DNA of 63,873 nt, the filler included, from Acidimicrobiia bacterium (GTDB lineage Bacteria > Actinomycetota > Acidimicrobiia > Spongiisociales > SHLN01): NCBI GenBank assembly GCA_041619515.1. It is 3 parts of 3 records of this genome, joined end to end, with 100 filler letters (N's around TTAATTAATTAA, not from the genome) between each part and the next. Parts side by side here need not be neighbours in the genome. Positions count along the whole stretch, not along the records: positions 1 to 23,071 come from JBFKDW010000047.1; 2 more parts are not named here. One strand, given 5' to 3'. This document shows positions 13,171 through 22,392 of this stretch, piece by piece. A program made the translations under genes and the position numbers. The notes under the pieces are model-generated. The model was not told where the DNA came from and did no database searches. It worked only from the letters and a program-made list of their open reading frames with translations. Each line of letters begins with the position of its first letter. The first letter of the stretch is position 1.

Positions 13171-13212
13171 ATGACAGGTTTATCGAGGACTCTGGAGGTG
13201 GCCGGGCGCTAA
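13171..13212 (+). CDS. Small ORF MTGLSRTLEVAGR within the structured RNA
   Basis: ATG 13171 to TAA 13212, preceded by AGAAAGGAGGTG. Confidence 0.5.
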   Translation: MTGLSRTLEVAGR

Positions 13213-13348
13213 GCCAGCCATCGAAAGGAGAGCTGGCTTTCCCTTGCGGGACAGGTAGCGACTCCAAACCCGGACCACCGATTCTCTGAGACCCGTGAGT
13301 TGGTCCTCTCACGGCGGCAGATGCCCTGCCGAAGGATCTCGAGTCTTA

Positions 13349-13382
13349 CGAAGACCCCGCCTCCCACGAGGCGGGGTCTTCG
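13349..13382 (+). terminator. Intrinsic terminator-like hairpin
   Basis: CGAAGACCCCGCCT-cccacg-AGGCGGGGTCTTCG, perfect 14-bp stem. Confidence 0.75.
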
Positions 13383-13477
13383 CGTGATGGGTACCGCAAC
13401 GTCCCGGGTGGCAGAACGCACCGCAGATTCTCGCAAAACGTAGACTTCCGGTTGTCACTCATGAAGGGGAGGTTCTT

Positions 13478-14557
13478 GTGACAAGCACCACTGCGACTTC
13501 AGCTGATGCGTTCGCGGAGCGGTTGTTCGAGTCGGTCCTGGGGACGATGGACGTCTGGTCCATCTATGTCGGGGAGCATCTCGGGTTCTACGAGGCACTC
13601 GCCGGGGAAGGCGCGCTCACGAAGGATGACCTCGCCAAGCTCACCAACACCCATCCTCGCTACGCGTGCGAGTGGCTGGAGCAGCAGGCGGTGACCGGCA
13701 TCCTGGTGGTCGACGACCCGTCACAGCCTGCCCCTGAACGGCGCTACTCCCTGCCGGAGGGCCACGCCGAGGTGCTGGTGGGACGGGACAGCCTCAGCTA
13801 TCTCGCTCCGTTCGTCCGGCTCGTCACCGCCGGCGGCTTGCAGTTGCCTGCCCTCCTCGACGCGTACCGGACCGGTGGTGGGGTGTCGTGGGAGCAGTTC
13901 GGAGCCGACATGCGCAGCGGCCAGGCCGAGATGAATCGTCCATGGTTTCTCACGGCTCTTGGCAGGGACTGGTTTCCGTCTGTCCCGGACCTCCATGAGC
14001 GACTGGAACAGGGTGGGAAGGTGGCCGATATCGGGTGCGGAGAGGGCTGGTCTTCGATCTCCATCGGCCTGACCTACCCGAACGTGACGGTGGATGGGTT
14101 CGATGTCGACGGCCCGTCGATCGAGAACGCTCGGAACAACGCCATCGGGTCCGGTGTCGCGGACCGCGTCAAGTTTCACAACGCCGACGCGGCCGGCCTG
14201 GACCTGGATGATCGCTACGACGTCGTGACGGCCTTCGAGTGCATTCACGACCTCCCGCTGCCCGTCGATGTGCTCTCGACGATGCGGCGGCTGGCCAAGG
14301 ACGACGGCCACGTCGTTGTGATGGACGAGAAGGTGTCGGAACATTTTCCCGGCCGGGGTGATGACGTCGAGCGTGCCATGTACGGCTTCTCGCTCTTCAT
14401 ATGCCTGCCGGATGGGATGTCGCACCAACCCTCGGCAGCGACCGGTACGGTGATGCGGCCGGAGACACTCCGCGCCTATGCGCAGCAAGCAGGGTTCGAG
14501 GACATCGAGATTCTCCCCATCGAGAACGACCTCTGGCGGTTCTACCGGCTGTACTGA
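13478..14557 (+). CDS. Class I SAM-dependent methyltransferase with N-terminal wHTH (Rv2258c-like)
   Basis: RYACEWLEQQA, VADIGCGEG, FECIHD, ATGTVMR. Confidence 0.88.
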   Translation: MTSTTATSADAFAERLFESVLGTMDVWSIYVGEHLGFYEALAGEGALTKDDLAKLTNTHPRYACEWLEQQAVTGILVVDDPSQPAPERRYSLPEGHAEVLVGRDSLSYLAPFVRLVTAGGLQLPALLDAYRTGGGVSWEQFGADMRSGQAEMNRPWFLTALGRDWFPSVPDLHERLEQGGKVADIGCGEGWSSISIGLTYPNVTVDGFDVDGPSIENARNNAIGSGVADRVKFHNADAAGLDLDDRYDVVTAFECIHDLPLPVDVLSTMRRLAKDDGHVVVMDEKVSEHFPGRGDDVERAMYGFSLFICLPDGMSHQPSAATGTVMRPETLRAYAQQAGFEDIEILPIENDLWRFYRLY

Positions 14558-14930
14558 GAGCCGGTCGCCGGCCCGGCAGCGGTTTCGCCCGGTGGAACGT
14601 ACGTAGAAGGCGGTCGCCGCACCGGCATTCGCTAGCCGGGTGGGGTGGTGAGCCCGGCGTCCCAGATCTTGGTGGTGGCGTCTTCGAGGACGGTGACCGG
14701 ATCCGACCAGCCATCGGCAGGTGTCGACTTAGTCTTGGATCGATTCACGATGCAAATGTCGCGATGCACCTCGAGCGTTGGTTGCACCTGGCTCAAGTCT
14801 GGTGAGACGACTACTAGCCCTGCAAAGGGTTCCCGATGCAGGAGGCCGTCTCCTCCAAGTTTGCCGTAGGGGCTGTCTTGTCGTAGTGGCTACCTCTAGA
14901 CACGATGCATGTATCGTGATATGTTTTGCG

Positions 14931-15024
14931 GTGAATAGGGGAGTATCCCCGAACGGGCGTCGTCGTCAATACGGCCATCAGGCCCGGCACCGCAGGCCCC
15001 CCCCGGGGCGGGAGAGACCTTCAC
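14931..15024 (+). promoter_or_regulatory. yybP-ykoY (Mn2+) riboswitch
   Basis: GGGGAGTA...TCGTCAATACGG...CCGG...GGGAGAGACCT hallmarks; closing stem GTGAA/TTCAC; 35 nt upstream of an operon. Confidence 0.75.
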
Positions 15025-15058
15025 GACATGTGACGTGTGCTCGACCTCAGGAGGGCCG

Positions 15059-15502
15059 ATGGTCGCCACAACCGCCCGTACCGCCTGCTTTGCACCGAGG
15101 AATCCCGCCAGGCTCGCTGACCTTCTGCTGTCCCGCCGAGAGTTGGTGACGCGGTCCGCTGGAGCGTTGCGGGGCGAGGTGGCCGATGCGATGAGCCAGC
15201 GGGACCTCAGTGACCTGTTCGATCACGAAGATCCGTCGGCGGATCCCACCAACCCGCGTCTCTGGGAGGTAGAGGAGGCGCTGGCTCGGGTCGCCGACGG
15301 CACGCACGGGTACTGCGCCGACTGTGGTATCGGTATCCCGTTGGCGCGGCTCAGGGTATTGCCAGCCACGGCTCGGTGTGTCGGATGCAGACGCCGGTAT
15401 CACTTGGCCGGCACCCTCGACGAGGACGGCATGCGATCCACCAAGTCACAGGGTCGATCACTGGTTGGATCCGGGACATCGGTACGGAGGGATGAGCGAT
15501 GA
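15059..15502 (+). CDS. TraR/DksA-type C4 zinc finger protein
   Basis: ALARVADGTHGYCADCGIGIPLARLRVLPATARCVGC; AGGAGG RBS. Confidence 0.8.
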   Translation: MVATTARTACFAPRNPARLADLLLSRRELVTRSAGALRGEVADAMSQRDLSDLFDHEDPSADPTNPRLWEVEEALARVADGTHGYCADCGIGIPLARLRVLPATARCVGCRRRYHLAGTLDEDGMRSTKSQGRSLVGSGTSVRRDER

Positions 15503-15849
15503 GGGTGTATTACGGTTTTGAGGTGAGGCAGCGGGGCTGGCTTTTGGATGAGCGCGACCGGCTGAGGGATCTGCTCGTGAAGTTGCGGGCCGCGGCTCGC
15601 TCTGATTTCGAGAACCACGACAGCACGGATGACGAATCCGCCAGCCAGGCCGACGCGATCGAAGGCCGACTCGCTTCCATCGATGAGGCCCTCAACCGGA
15701 TCACCTCGGACTGTTACGGCTTGTGCCAGATATGTGGATTGGCCATTCCCATCGGGCGGCTCCGGTCCCTTCCCGCCACGGCGGTGTGCCGGGATTGCGT
15801 GGGCCTGCAACGTGTGGTGGGTTCGGCCGTAGGGCCGGTGTCGTCGTGA
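15499..15849 (+). CDS. TraR/DksA-type C4 zinc finger protein (second paralog)
   Basis: ALNRITSDCYGLCQICGLAIPIGRLRSLPATAVCRDC; ATGA overlap. Confidence 0.8.
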   Translation: MRVYYGFEVRQRGWLLDERDRLRDLLVKLRAAARSDFENHDSTDDESASQADAIEGRLASIDEALNRITSDCYGLCQICGLAIPIGRLRSLPATAVCRDCVGLQRVVGSAVGPVSS

Positions 15850-15901
15850 CCCAGCGGTCAAGTTGGCGCGGGCAGAGGAGCGAGTTCGAGGGGAGTGTGT
15901 G

Positions 15902-16681
15902 ATGCATACTGTCGAAGAGGCCATGACGGTGGAGGTCATCACCGTCGGGCCCGATGAGCCGGTGACCGCGGCGGCCAGGATCATGCGTGATGCCGCTGTC
16001 AGCGGGCTGCCGGTTGTCGATGCGTCCGGTGCGGTCCTCGGGATTCTCACCGAAGCCGACCTTTTGCATCGTGCAGTCCTCGCCGATCTAGCTGACGTTG
16101 GTGATCGAGGCGGTTCACGTGACCGATCATTGGGGTCGACTGTTGCTGATCTGATGAGCTGTGACGTGCTGGCTGTGCGCAGGGATGCGCCGTTGGCCAA
16201 GGCGGCCCGGTTGATGGAGAAGGCCCGGGTGCGACGACTCCTCGTCGTCGGACCCGAGTTCGTGATCGAAGGGGTTATTTCGCGGGCGGACGTAATCGCC
16301 GCTCTTGCACGGTCCGATACTGACATCGAGTCGGAGATCCGCTCCTGCGTGATCGACGAGATCCTCGGCCTCGACCCGCGCCAGATTGACGTTTTGGTGG
16401 ACCAAGGCGTCGTCACGATGAGTGGTGTGGTTGAGCAACGGCGGGAGGCCGTCCGGTTGGAGCGCCTCGCAGGCCAAGTACTAGGGGTCAGTCGGGTCGA
16501 GAGCTCGGTGACGTGGGAAGCCGACGTTGCCGACCGGGGATTGGGTCCGCGCTTCGCCTACTTCTCCAAGTACTTCGCGAAACGCCGAGAAGAATCGAGC
16601 GGATCGGTAACTACATCCGCAGGGGCTGACAAAAACGACGAAGAAACCAGTGACGAGCCGGTCGATCTTGGAAAGGGGTGA
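15902..16681 (+). CDS. CBS domain pair plus BON domain protein
   Basis: VSGLPVVD..GILTEADLL, GVISRAD, V.VDQGVVTMSG.V. Confidence 0.88.
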   Translation: MHTVEEAMTVEVITVGPDEPVTAAARIMRDAAVSGLPVVDASGAVLGILTEADLLHRAVLADLADVGDRGGSRDRSLGSTVADLMSCDVLAVRRDAPLAKAARLMEKARVRRLLVVGPEFVIEGVISRADVIAALARSDTDIESEIRSCVIDEILGLDPRQIDVLVDQGVVTMSGVVEQRREAVRLERLAGQVLGVSRVESSVTWEADVADRGLGPRFAYFSKYFAKRREESSGSVTTSAGADKNDEETSDEPVDLGKG

Positions 16682-16685
16682 TGTG

Positions 16686-17618
16686 ATGGATCGGTTCAAG
16701 CGCATTCTGGTGGCGGCGTCTCCGGGGCATCTGGAGCCGGCTGCCCTCCGCGCCGCTGTCAGACTCGCCGACACTAGCAATGCGCATCTGACGGTGTTGA
16801 GCGTACTTGAGCCACTCCCCCGATGGCGTCGGACGGTCAAGGTGGAGGGCCGCCTGATCGACGTCCAGGACTTGGTGCTCCGAGACCGCAGCGAGCGTCT
16901 CAGTCGCTTTGTCGAATTCACTCGTCCCCGGCAAGAGGTCGCACTGGAGACGAGAATTGGAGAACCGTTGGTCGAGGTGATTCGGTTCGTCCTCAGCCAC
17001 GACTGCGACCTCGTCGTGGTTGGCGAAACCGAACCCTCGAAGGGCTCCCGCTTGGGGGTGAGCAACGGGGTGATGCAGCTGTTTCGCCAATGCCCGGTTC
17101 CGGTGTGGGCGATACGGCCCACCCGAGGGAGGGCGCTGGGGGTCCTGGCATTAGTGGACCCGGATCCAACGGACCCGGAGCGTGCCGGCCTCAACGACCT
17201 GGTTCTGGAGTTGGCAACATCCATGGTTCGTCGGGACGACGAGGAGTTGCATGTAGCACACGCGTGGAACCTGGATGGTGGAGCGACAGCCGAGACCGAG
17301 ATTGTGCAGGCGGTGGTGGACGAGCATCAGGCACAGCTCGATGGGTTGACCGAACGTCACGGCATCTCCCAAGCTGGGGGCTGTGTCCACCTAGTGCAAG
17401 GCGAACCCGGTGAGGTACTCCCGGAACTGGCCGAACGCCTGGATATCAACCTGATCGTGATGGGAACCATGGCGCGGACGGGCTCGAGAGGTCTATTGAT
17501 GGGCAACACCGCCGAGACCATCCTGCGGTCGGTTCGTTGCTCGGTGCTGACGCTCAAGCCAGAGGGGTTCGCCTCGCTCGTGGGCCCCGAACAGCAAAAG
17601 GAGAAGGCAGGGCGATGA
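16686..17618 (+). CDS. Universal stress protein (tandem Usp, UspE-like)
   Basis: FKRILVA, QCPVPVW, LIVMGTMARTG..GLLMGNTAETIL..VRCSVL. Confidence 0.9.
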   Translation: MDRFKRILVAASPGHLEPAALRAAVRLADTSNAHLTVLSVLEPLPRWRRTVKVEGRLIDVQDLVLRDRSERLSRFVEFTRPRQEVALETRIGEPLVEVIRFVLSHDCDLVVVGETEPSKGSRLGVSNGVMQLFRQCPVPVWAIRPTRGRALGVLALVDPDPTDPERAGLNDLVLELATSMVRRDDEELHVAHAWNLDGGATAETEIVQAVVDEHQAQLDGLTERHGISQAGGCVHLVQGEPGEVLPELAERLDINLIVMGTMARTGSRGLLMGNTAETILRSVRCSVLTLKPEGFASLVGPEQQKEKAGR

Positions 17619-18118
17619 CCACACCAAGCACCGTAGAAGTGGACCGGACGCCGCTACCTGGGATCGGCCTGCGGCTCGAATTCGTCATCGGCGACGGCCG
17701 CCGGATCGGCGTGATCCATCGACAAAGGGGAGGCGTCGAGTTGTTTATCAGCCATCCCAGCGAGCCGGATCTGACAGCGACGTCAGTCGATTTGACTGCC
17801 AGCGAGGCCGCCACGCTCACAGAATTGTTCGGTGGTTCGGTGTTCTCGCACGAGCTGTCACACCTCCGGGAAGCCGCCTCGGCTATCGTCGTGGACTGGC
17901 TTCCGATCGAGACCGGATCCCGCTTCGTCGATCGTCCCTTGGGTGACACAGAGCTGCGCACCCGCACCGGTGTGTCGATCGTCGCCGTCATCCGAGACGG
18001 GAAAGCAATACCGTCACCTCCGCCGAGGTTCGTCTTCGCCGCCGGGGACGTCGTGGTAGCAGTCGGGACCGTTGAAGCCCTGGCGGCTGCCACCGAAATT
18101 CTGCGCTCCGAGGCCTAG
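17615..18118 (+). CDS. K+/H+ antiporter regulatory subunit, KhtT-like (TrkA_C)
   Basis: TPLPGIG, ELRTRTGVSIVAVIR, PSPPP.F.F.AGD. Confidence 0.88.
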   Translation: MTTPSTVEVDRTPLPGIGLRLEFVIGDGRRIGVIHRQRGGVELFISHPSEPDLTATSVDLTASEAATLTELFGGSVFSHELSHLREAASAIVVDWLPIETGSRFVDRPLGDTELRTRTGVSIVAVIRDGKAIPSPPPRFVFAAGDVVVAVGTVEALAAATEILRSEA

Positions 18119-18120
18119 TA

Positions 18121-19392
18121 ATGCGAGGGGTGTTCCTCCTCGAACTCGGGGCTGTGCTGCTCTCGCTGACGTTCTTGGCCAGACTGGCCGGCCGATTCTC
18201 GTTCTCTCCCATTCCCCTCTACTTGGGCTTGGGTCTGCTTATCGGTGAGGACAGCCTCCTACCGCTCGATGTGAGCCGGGAGTTCGTTGACCTCGGTGCC
18301 GAACTCGGTGTGATCCTGCTGCTGTTCTTGCTAGGAGTGGAGTACTCCATTGACGAGCTGACTGCCGGAACCAGGCGGGCGTATAGGCCGGGGACGGTCG
18401 ATCTGACCCTCAACTTCCTTCCCGGGTTCCTCGTCGGATGGGTGCTGGGCTGGTCGTTTACAGCGGCATTCCTGCTGGGCGGAGTCACCTACATTTCATC
18501 GTCTGGCATTGCCGCCAAGCTAATGCGAGATCTCGGGTGGCTGGGCAACCGTGAGGCCCCGGCCGTGCTTTCGGTTCTCGTCATCGAGGACCTCGTGATG
18601 GCCATTTACCTGGCAGTGGCCGCAGCTCTGGTCATCGGAGCGAGCGTCGGCGGGGCGGCATGGTCGATTCTCGGCAGCGCTGCGCTGGTGGGGGTGGTGT
18701 TGGTGGCAGCGAGCCGATTCGGTTCTCGCATCAGCCGGCTGGTCTTCACCCATTCCGACGAGTCGGTGCTGCTGGGCATGTTGGGGATCGTCCTGACGGT
18801 GGCAGGCTTAGCCGAGCAGGTTCGGGTGTCGGCTGCCGTGGGTGCCTTTCTTCTCGGATTGGCGGTGTCCGGTGAGGCAGCCCAGCGCGCGGGGCGACTG
18901 CTCGGCCCGTTGCGTGACCTGTTCGGAGCGACGTTCTTTCTGTTCTTCGGACTTCAAGTAGATCCTGGCGCGATTCCACCGATCCTTACACCGGCAATGG
19001 TTCTCGTGGTGGTGGCCGGCACGACGAAACTGGTCACCGGCTGGGTAGCCGCCAGCAGCTTCGGTGCGACGGCAGGGGGCCGCCGGCGGGCCGGTGCATT
19101 GCTGATCGCTCGCGGCGAGTTCTCGATCATCATCGCAGAGCTCGGTGTCGAAGGGGGCTTGGAACCCCAACTGGCCCCACTCGCGACTGCCGTGGTTGTC
19201 GGCCTTGCCGTCCTGGGCCCAGCCGCAGTCCACCTCACCGGCGTGATCGACCGGCGCGGAGTACGCGATGCGATCGTTCTCTACGGGGGACGTCACGATT
19301 CACACGCCGTCGTATCAACTCAATCACCGAGAGAAGTCGAGAAGCGCGGTGACGAGCTCCACATCGAAACGAGAGAAAGCCTGGTGGACTGA
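18121..19392 (+). CDS. CPA2 cation:proton antiporter, KhtU-like
   Basis: SPIPLY, ISSSGI, GNRE, VLVIED, ARGEFSII. Confidence 0.9.
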   Translation: MRGVFLLELGAVLLSLTFLARLAGRFSFSPIPLYLGLGLLIGEDSLLPLDVSREFVDLGAELGVILLLFLLGVEYSIDELTAGTRRAYRPGTVDLTLNFLPGFLVGWVLGWSFTAAFLLGGVTYISSSGIAAKLMRDLGWLGNREAPAVLSVLVIEDLVMAIYLAVAAALVIGASVGGAAWSILGSAALVGVVLVAASRFGSRISRLVFTHSDESVLLGMLGIVLTVAGLAEQVRVSAAVGAFLLGLAVSGEAAQRAGRLLGPLRDLFGATFFLFFGLQVDPGAIPPILTPAMVLVVVAGTTKLVTGWVAASSFGATAGGRRRAGALLIARGEFSIIIAELGVEGGLEPQLAPLATAVVVGLAVLGPAAVHLTGVIDRRGVRDAIVLYGGRHDSHAVVSTQSPREVEKRGDELHIETRESLVD

Positions 19393-19566
19393 GCAAGCCG
19401 ACCAGGTGGTAGCACCGTTACCGCACAAGAACTCTCCAACGCCGCGGCTCGCCGGCGGTGGGTCGAGTCAGGTCTTCGGGATCCGGCGGGCCACGAGCGA
19501 TCGAAGAGCTTCGAACGCAAGACCGACGTGCCCAAACCAAAGCTTTTGGTACGGCCCAAGAGCCCC

Positions 19567-19662
19567 CCGGCGGCATTCCTGAACGGTGAAATCCCCTGCA
19601 GGCACAGGGGATTTCGTGGGTGGAGCTGGAGGGATTTGAACCCTCGACCCCTTGCATGCCAT
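19567..19662. repeat. 96-bp direct repeat, copy 1 (att-like): 3' half of tRNA-Ala plus downstream hairpin
   Basis: Identical to 22900-22995; one end falls exactly at the tRNA anticodon loop. Confidence 0.95.
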
Positions 19663-19809
19663 TGATGAGCGGCCTACTTCGCCGACCTGGCCAGATACCC
19701 GAATAGTTCCGTATTCGTTGACGAGCGCATCATCACCGGTCGTTTCGGGTGTGATACGAGGAGAGCGCGGGAGGGTCAGATCGAGGGTGCGAGGTCGAGC
19801 AACGGTTGC

Positions 19810-20673
19810 CTACGCCCTTCGGTGCGAGCCGAGCCGCATGAGGTGAATGGGCATCGGTGCAGGTGTGTCAGGTCCGAGGCCGTCAAGGAAAGTGCCGGCC
19901 GTGGAGTACGAACTCGCGATGAGCATGGCAGCCTGCCCAAAGTCATGGGGTGCGACGTTTAGCGGACATGGGGGTGGCAAGACAATGAGGTTGACGCGGT
20001 CCTGGAGGTGATCGACTTCGACAACAAGTCGACGCGTGATCAGGAAGCTCATAGATTGCATGAGCAGCGGAACGGCCCCTCGTGGTGCCTGTTTCAAGCC
20101 GCAAGCGGTTCCGCTGGTGAGCACGTAGACAGTGTCCGCCCCCAACTCAACAGCGTGAGAGATCGGCGCGTAGTTCGAAACCCCGCCGTCGACGAGCATC
20201 CGGCCTTCCCACTCGATAGGCGGAAAGACGCCGGGAATTGCCGCGCTGGCCAAAACTGCGTCCACGGTGCTTCCGCCGGACAGGGAAACCTCTTCACCGG
20301 TTCTGGCATCCGTTGCCACCACATGCAGCGGGATCGGGGCGTCCGCTAGATCCATGAACTGTGCCTGGCTCCCTATTACACGGCGCAGGCCGCGATTGGG
20401 AATCAAATGGCTTCGGCGTCCGACGAATCCGAGGAGGCCGACCGAAAGATCCATCGGAAAGACGTGTGGTCTGCGCAGACCACGCCATACCTCACCGAGC
20501 CGGTGCGCAGTTTCCGGCGTCTGCGGCCGAGAGGAAATGTACGTCCCGTTGACGGCTCCGACGGACGTACCGATTATGAGATCCGGCGCAATGCCCCGCT
20601 CGTAGAGGGCTTCCAGCATGCCTACGTGCACGGCGCCGAGGCTGCCTCCCCCGGTAAGCACAAACGCATTCAT
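19810..20673 (-). CDS. Patatin-like phospholipase
   Basis: GGGSLG, GTSVG nucleophile, DGG motif. Confidence 0.92.
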   Translation of the reverse strand: MNAFVLTGGGSLGAVHVGMLEALYERGIAPDLIIGTSVGAVNGTYISSRPQTPETAHRLGEVWRGLRRPHVFPMDLSVGLLGFVGRRSHLIPNRGLRRVIGSQAQFMDLADAPIPLHVVATDARTGEEVSLSGGSTVDAVLASAAIPGVFPPIEWEGRMLVDGGVSNYAPISHAVELGADTVYVLTSGTACGLKQAPRGAVPLLMQSMSFLITRRLVVEVDHLQDRVNLIVLPPPCPLNVAPHDFGQAAMLIASSYSTAGTFLDGLGPDTPAPMPIHLMRLGSHRRA

Positions 20674-20823
20674 GTCTCAGGATCGCCTCTCTATCTACCT
20701 CGGTTCGAGAATGGCGCACGGCCGCGCCTCTGTTTTCGGCTTGCCCTCGGGCTCCAAGTCCTTAGCCGGCTAGGCCGTCCCAAGCGAGCGGCCTACCCGG
20801 TTCAGGGCCCTCGACGTGGAACG

Positions 20824-21444
20824 TCAGTTGGTGAGTTCCCGTATCCGGATCGCCTGGAATCTCAACACCTTGATGATGGTGGCAAGCCCGAGTGCGATGG
20901 ATGCCAGATAGATCGCCACGCCGAGGCGGCGGATACCTTCCAATACGATGAACCGTTGTTCGGAGTCTTCGATCGAGGCGACCGTGTCGGTCACGTCGGC
21001 TGCAAATACGAAGTGGAGGATCACAGGGATGAGGATGAGCATCATTGCCATCATCATTCCGGCCATCATGGCCTTGGCCGTTACCGGCATCTTCAGCGTG
21101 TGCACCGTGGTGCCGACGGTTTCCTGGACCTCACCACCGCCGGCGCGGAACTCTCCGAGAATCCGAGCGATGGCGAAGGTGATGGCGGACAACACCGCAG
21201 CGAACCCGATGAACATGAAGGCAGCCCTTACGTGGTTGAGAGTCTCGCTGGTGCCGGTCACACCGTTGTCGGAGATTTCGCCGGCTTGCACCAGGGAGAC
21301 GATGAAGCCGACCGCGAAGGCCATGAGCGCCATCGCGAGCATCGGCAGCCACAATCTCCGTCCGACCTGCTGGGGTTTGTTGCGCCCCAGCGACTCGGTG
21401 CTGGTGTCAATTGCGAAATCGGTTGAGTGTGTTTCGACTGTCAT
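20824..21444 (-). CDS. Uncharacterized 4-TM membrane protein
   Basis: Hydrophobic helices; paralogous to the C-terminal part of the upstream ORF. Confidence 0.8.
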   Translation of the reverse strand: MTVETHSTDFAIDTSTESLGRNKPQQVGRRLWLPMLAMALMAFAVGFIVSLVQAGEISDNGVTGTSETLNHVRAAFMFIGFAAVLSAITFAIARILGEFRAGGGEVQETVGTTVHTLKMPVTAKAMMAGMMMAMMLILIPVILHFVFAADVTDTVASIEDSEQRFIVLEGIRRLGVAIYLASIALGLATIIKVLRFQAIRIRELTN

Positions 21445-21447
21445 GGC

Positions 21448-22392
21448 TTACCTTCCCGTTGCGGTGATCTCTTTGATCCGGTTGAACTGGAATCCCAGCG
21501 CCGAACCAATCGTGTAGAGGGCGAGCACGATGCTGGCGAGTAGAACGCCGAGACTGAGCTCACGGAGTGGACCCAGCCACGCGAACCACGCCGTCGGATT
21601 GGCAGACGCGTTGGTGGCCACGAAGACGTAGAGGACGAACTGGAGTACCCCCAGCACCATCCCGACCATCATCAGACCAACGAACGCTTTAGCAGACGTC
21701 GGCATCTCGAGGGTCTTGACGGTCAACCCGAGTGACTCTTGGACTTCCCCCCCACCGGCGCGCAGCGCCGCCAGGATGGAACCGAGCAGGAACGCGATCC
21801 CACCGAGCAGCATCGCCTCGCCGAGGAACTGGGTCCCTTGCGCCCATGCGAACGCTGAGTTGAAGCTCCCAGTGTTGGACTGGCCGGCGGCGACCAGTGA
21901 GATGCCGAGCCCCCCGATCACGGCCATGAAACCCATGGCCAGCATCGGGAACCACATGGTCTTGGCCAGCTTGTGGACCGGGAGGGGCCCCTTAGCCGAG
22001 TTGGTAGCGGTCGCGCGACCCCACTGCGTGGGAAATGTGCCGGTGTGAGCGACACCACCGTCGTTGCGCTCTGCTCTCAGACGCGACAGGGCTTCTTTGA
22101 CGGAGTGCACCCGAATCCACAACCGGACCAGGATCCCCACCAGGATGATGGCGATGCCGAGCTTGATGGTTCCAAACGCAGTGGTAGTCAAGCCGAATGA
22201 CCAGGCCAGTGTCTCGCGGGTGCTGGTTCCGTCGCCGACATCACCCGCTGCGACGACGTTGGCAATCAACGTAACCACCGCCAGACCGACCCCGATCAAC
22301 GCCACCAGCAGGCCGATCTGACGCTGCTTGGAAGGTGCTCGGTAGTCCCGGCCGGGGGCGGGGCGGGTGAGTACCTCGAATCTTGCAGCCAT
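21448..22392 (-). CDS. Uncharacterized 6-TM membrane protein
   Basis: AGGAGG RBS before ATG 22392; shares RAGGGEVQE..G.TV.TL.MP..AKA with the downstream ORF. Confidence 0.8.
   Translation of the reverse strand: MAARFEVLTRPAPGRDYRAPSKQRQIGLLVALIGVGLAVVTLIANVVAAGDVGDGTSTRETLAWSFGLTTTAFGTIKLGIAIILVGILVRLWIRVHSVKEALSRLRAERNDGGVAHTGTFPTQWGRATATNSAKGPLPVHKLAKTMWFPMLAMGFMAVIGGLGISLVAAGQSNTGSFNSAFAWAQGTQFLGEAMLLGGIAFLLGSILAALRAGGGEVQESLGLTVKTLEMPTSAKAFVGLMMVGMVLGVLQFVLYVFVATNASANPTAWFAWLGPLRELSLGVLLASIVLALYTIGSALGFQFNRIKEITATGR

Larger units (their letters stand above)
13145..13382 (+). ncRNA. Putative structured RNA with 16S-complementary leader and 13-codon ORF (family unknown)
   Basis: -10-like TAAAGT at 13133-13138; nested helices; terminal 14-bp hairpin; see findings. 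Confidence 0.65.

Noticed and set aside
14558..14930. Gene or pseudogene between the methyltransferase and the riboswitch
   Set aside because: No recognisable motifs in any frame
19621..19662. Second tRNA-Ala gene
   Set aside because: Only the 3' half from the anticodon loop is present; it is an att-like duplication
19810..20673. CBASS or Thoeris defence system from patatin plus TIR
   Set aside because: No cyclase or partner genes, the TIR is a fragment, and the patatin looks like the common actinobacterial type
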